A DNA stretch of 64,000 nt, taken from NCBI RefSeq assembly GCF_009914755.1, contig NC_060930.1; one strand, written 5' to 3'. This stretch comes from the human T2T-CHM13v2.0 reference genome, Homo sapiens. Below the pieces are notes generated by a model. The model worked only from the letters and a program-made list of their open reading frames with translations. It did no database searches and was not told the origin of the DNA. A program made the translations under genes and the position numbers. Positions 63,639 through 64,000 of this stretch are shown piece after piece; the stretch's first letter is position 1; each line of letters opens with the position of its first letter.

Positions 63639-64000
63639 CTGGAAGGGTAGAAGAGGGCTATAAATTCATGCCAGAAGAGCTTACTATGGGTTTAAAAGGA
63701 ATTCTGTTACTTTATTGCCCTATTTTTACTTTTGGTAACTTGCTAATGAGGACCATTTTGAAAGACAAAACTTGACAGGAGTCTGCCTACAATGTAAGAC
63801 TGCCTACTGAAGAAAGCATTAATTTCATCATAAAATTTGGTAAACAGCATGATCTCGTAAGATTAAATGTAGCATTCTATACTCCCTACATGCACAGTAA
63901 GATTTGTTTAATGAATGGAAGGAAAGACTAAATACAATGTCAAATGTCACTATTAATTGGACAAGAAAATCCAAGTAGCAAATGACCATTATGTGTAAGA

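Overview
This is eukaryotic, almost certainly human, genomic DNA. From the translated exons I recognise the subtelomeric 6q27 cluster WDR27 / C6orf120 / PHF10. WDR27 (WD40-repeat protein) runs on the minus strand from a CpG-island promoter near 60.0 kb. Sixteen coding exons (46916 down to 1416) can be assembled with GT-AG boundaries and matching phases, giving 1747 nt = 582 codons + 1 nt; the gene continues past the left edge. C6orf120 (UPF0669, 191 aa, uninterrupted CDS 60374-60949) lies head-to-head on the plus strand. The last three coding exons of PHF10 (BAF45A, double PHD finger) converge on it tail-to-tail. The introns hold many minisatellites, Alus (two young AluYa5-type with clean TSDs), L1 relics and a nested LTR cluster (an MST MaLR carrying three MER4 solo LTRs and one LTR7 solo LTR). 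Almost all ORFs in the supplied track are spurious. I found no new enzymatic or defence-type system. The best leads are regulatory: a CpG-rich repeat patch in WDR27 intron 13 that fits the imprinted DMR I recall for this gene and has an antisense splice donor; a splice/retention switch turning a C6orf120 uORF into an N-terminal extension; a sense-oriented LTR7 upstream of WDR27 exon 3; and a large Alu-interrupted VNTR abutting a splice acceptor. Repeat family names come from my memory of consensus sequences, not from a database search.
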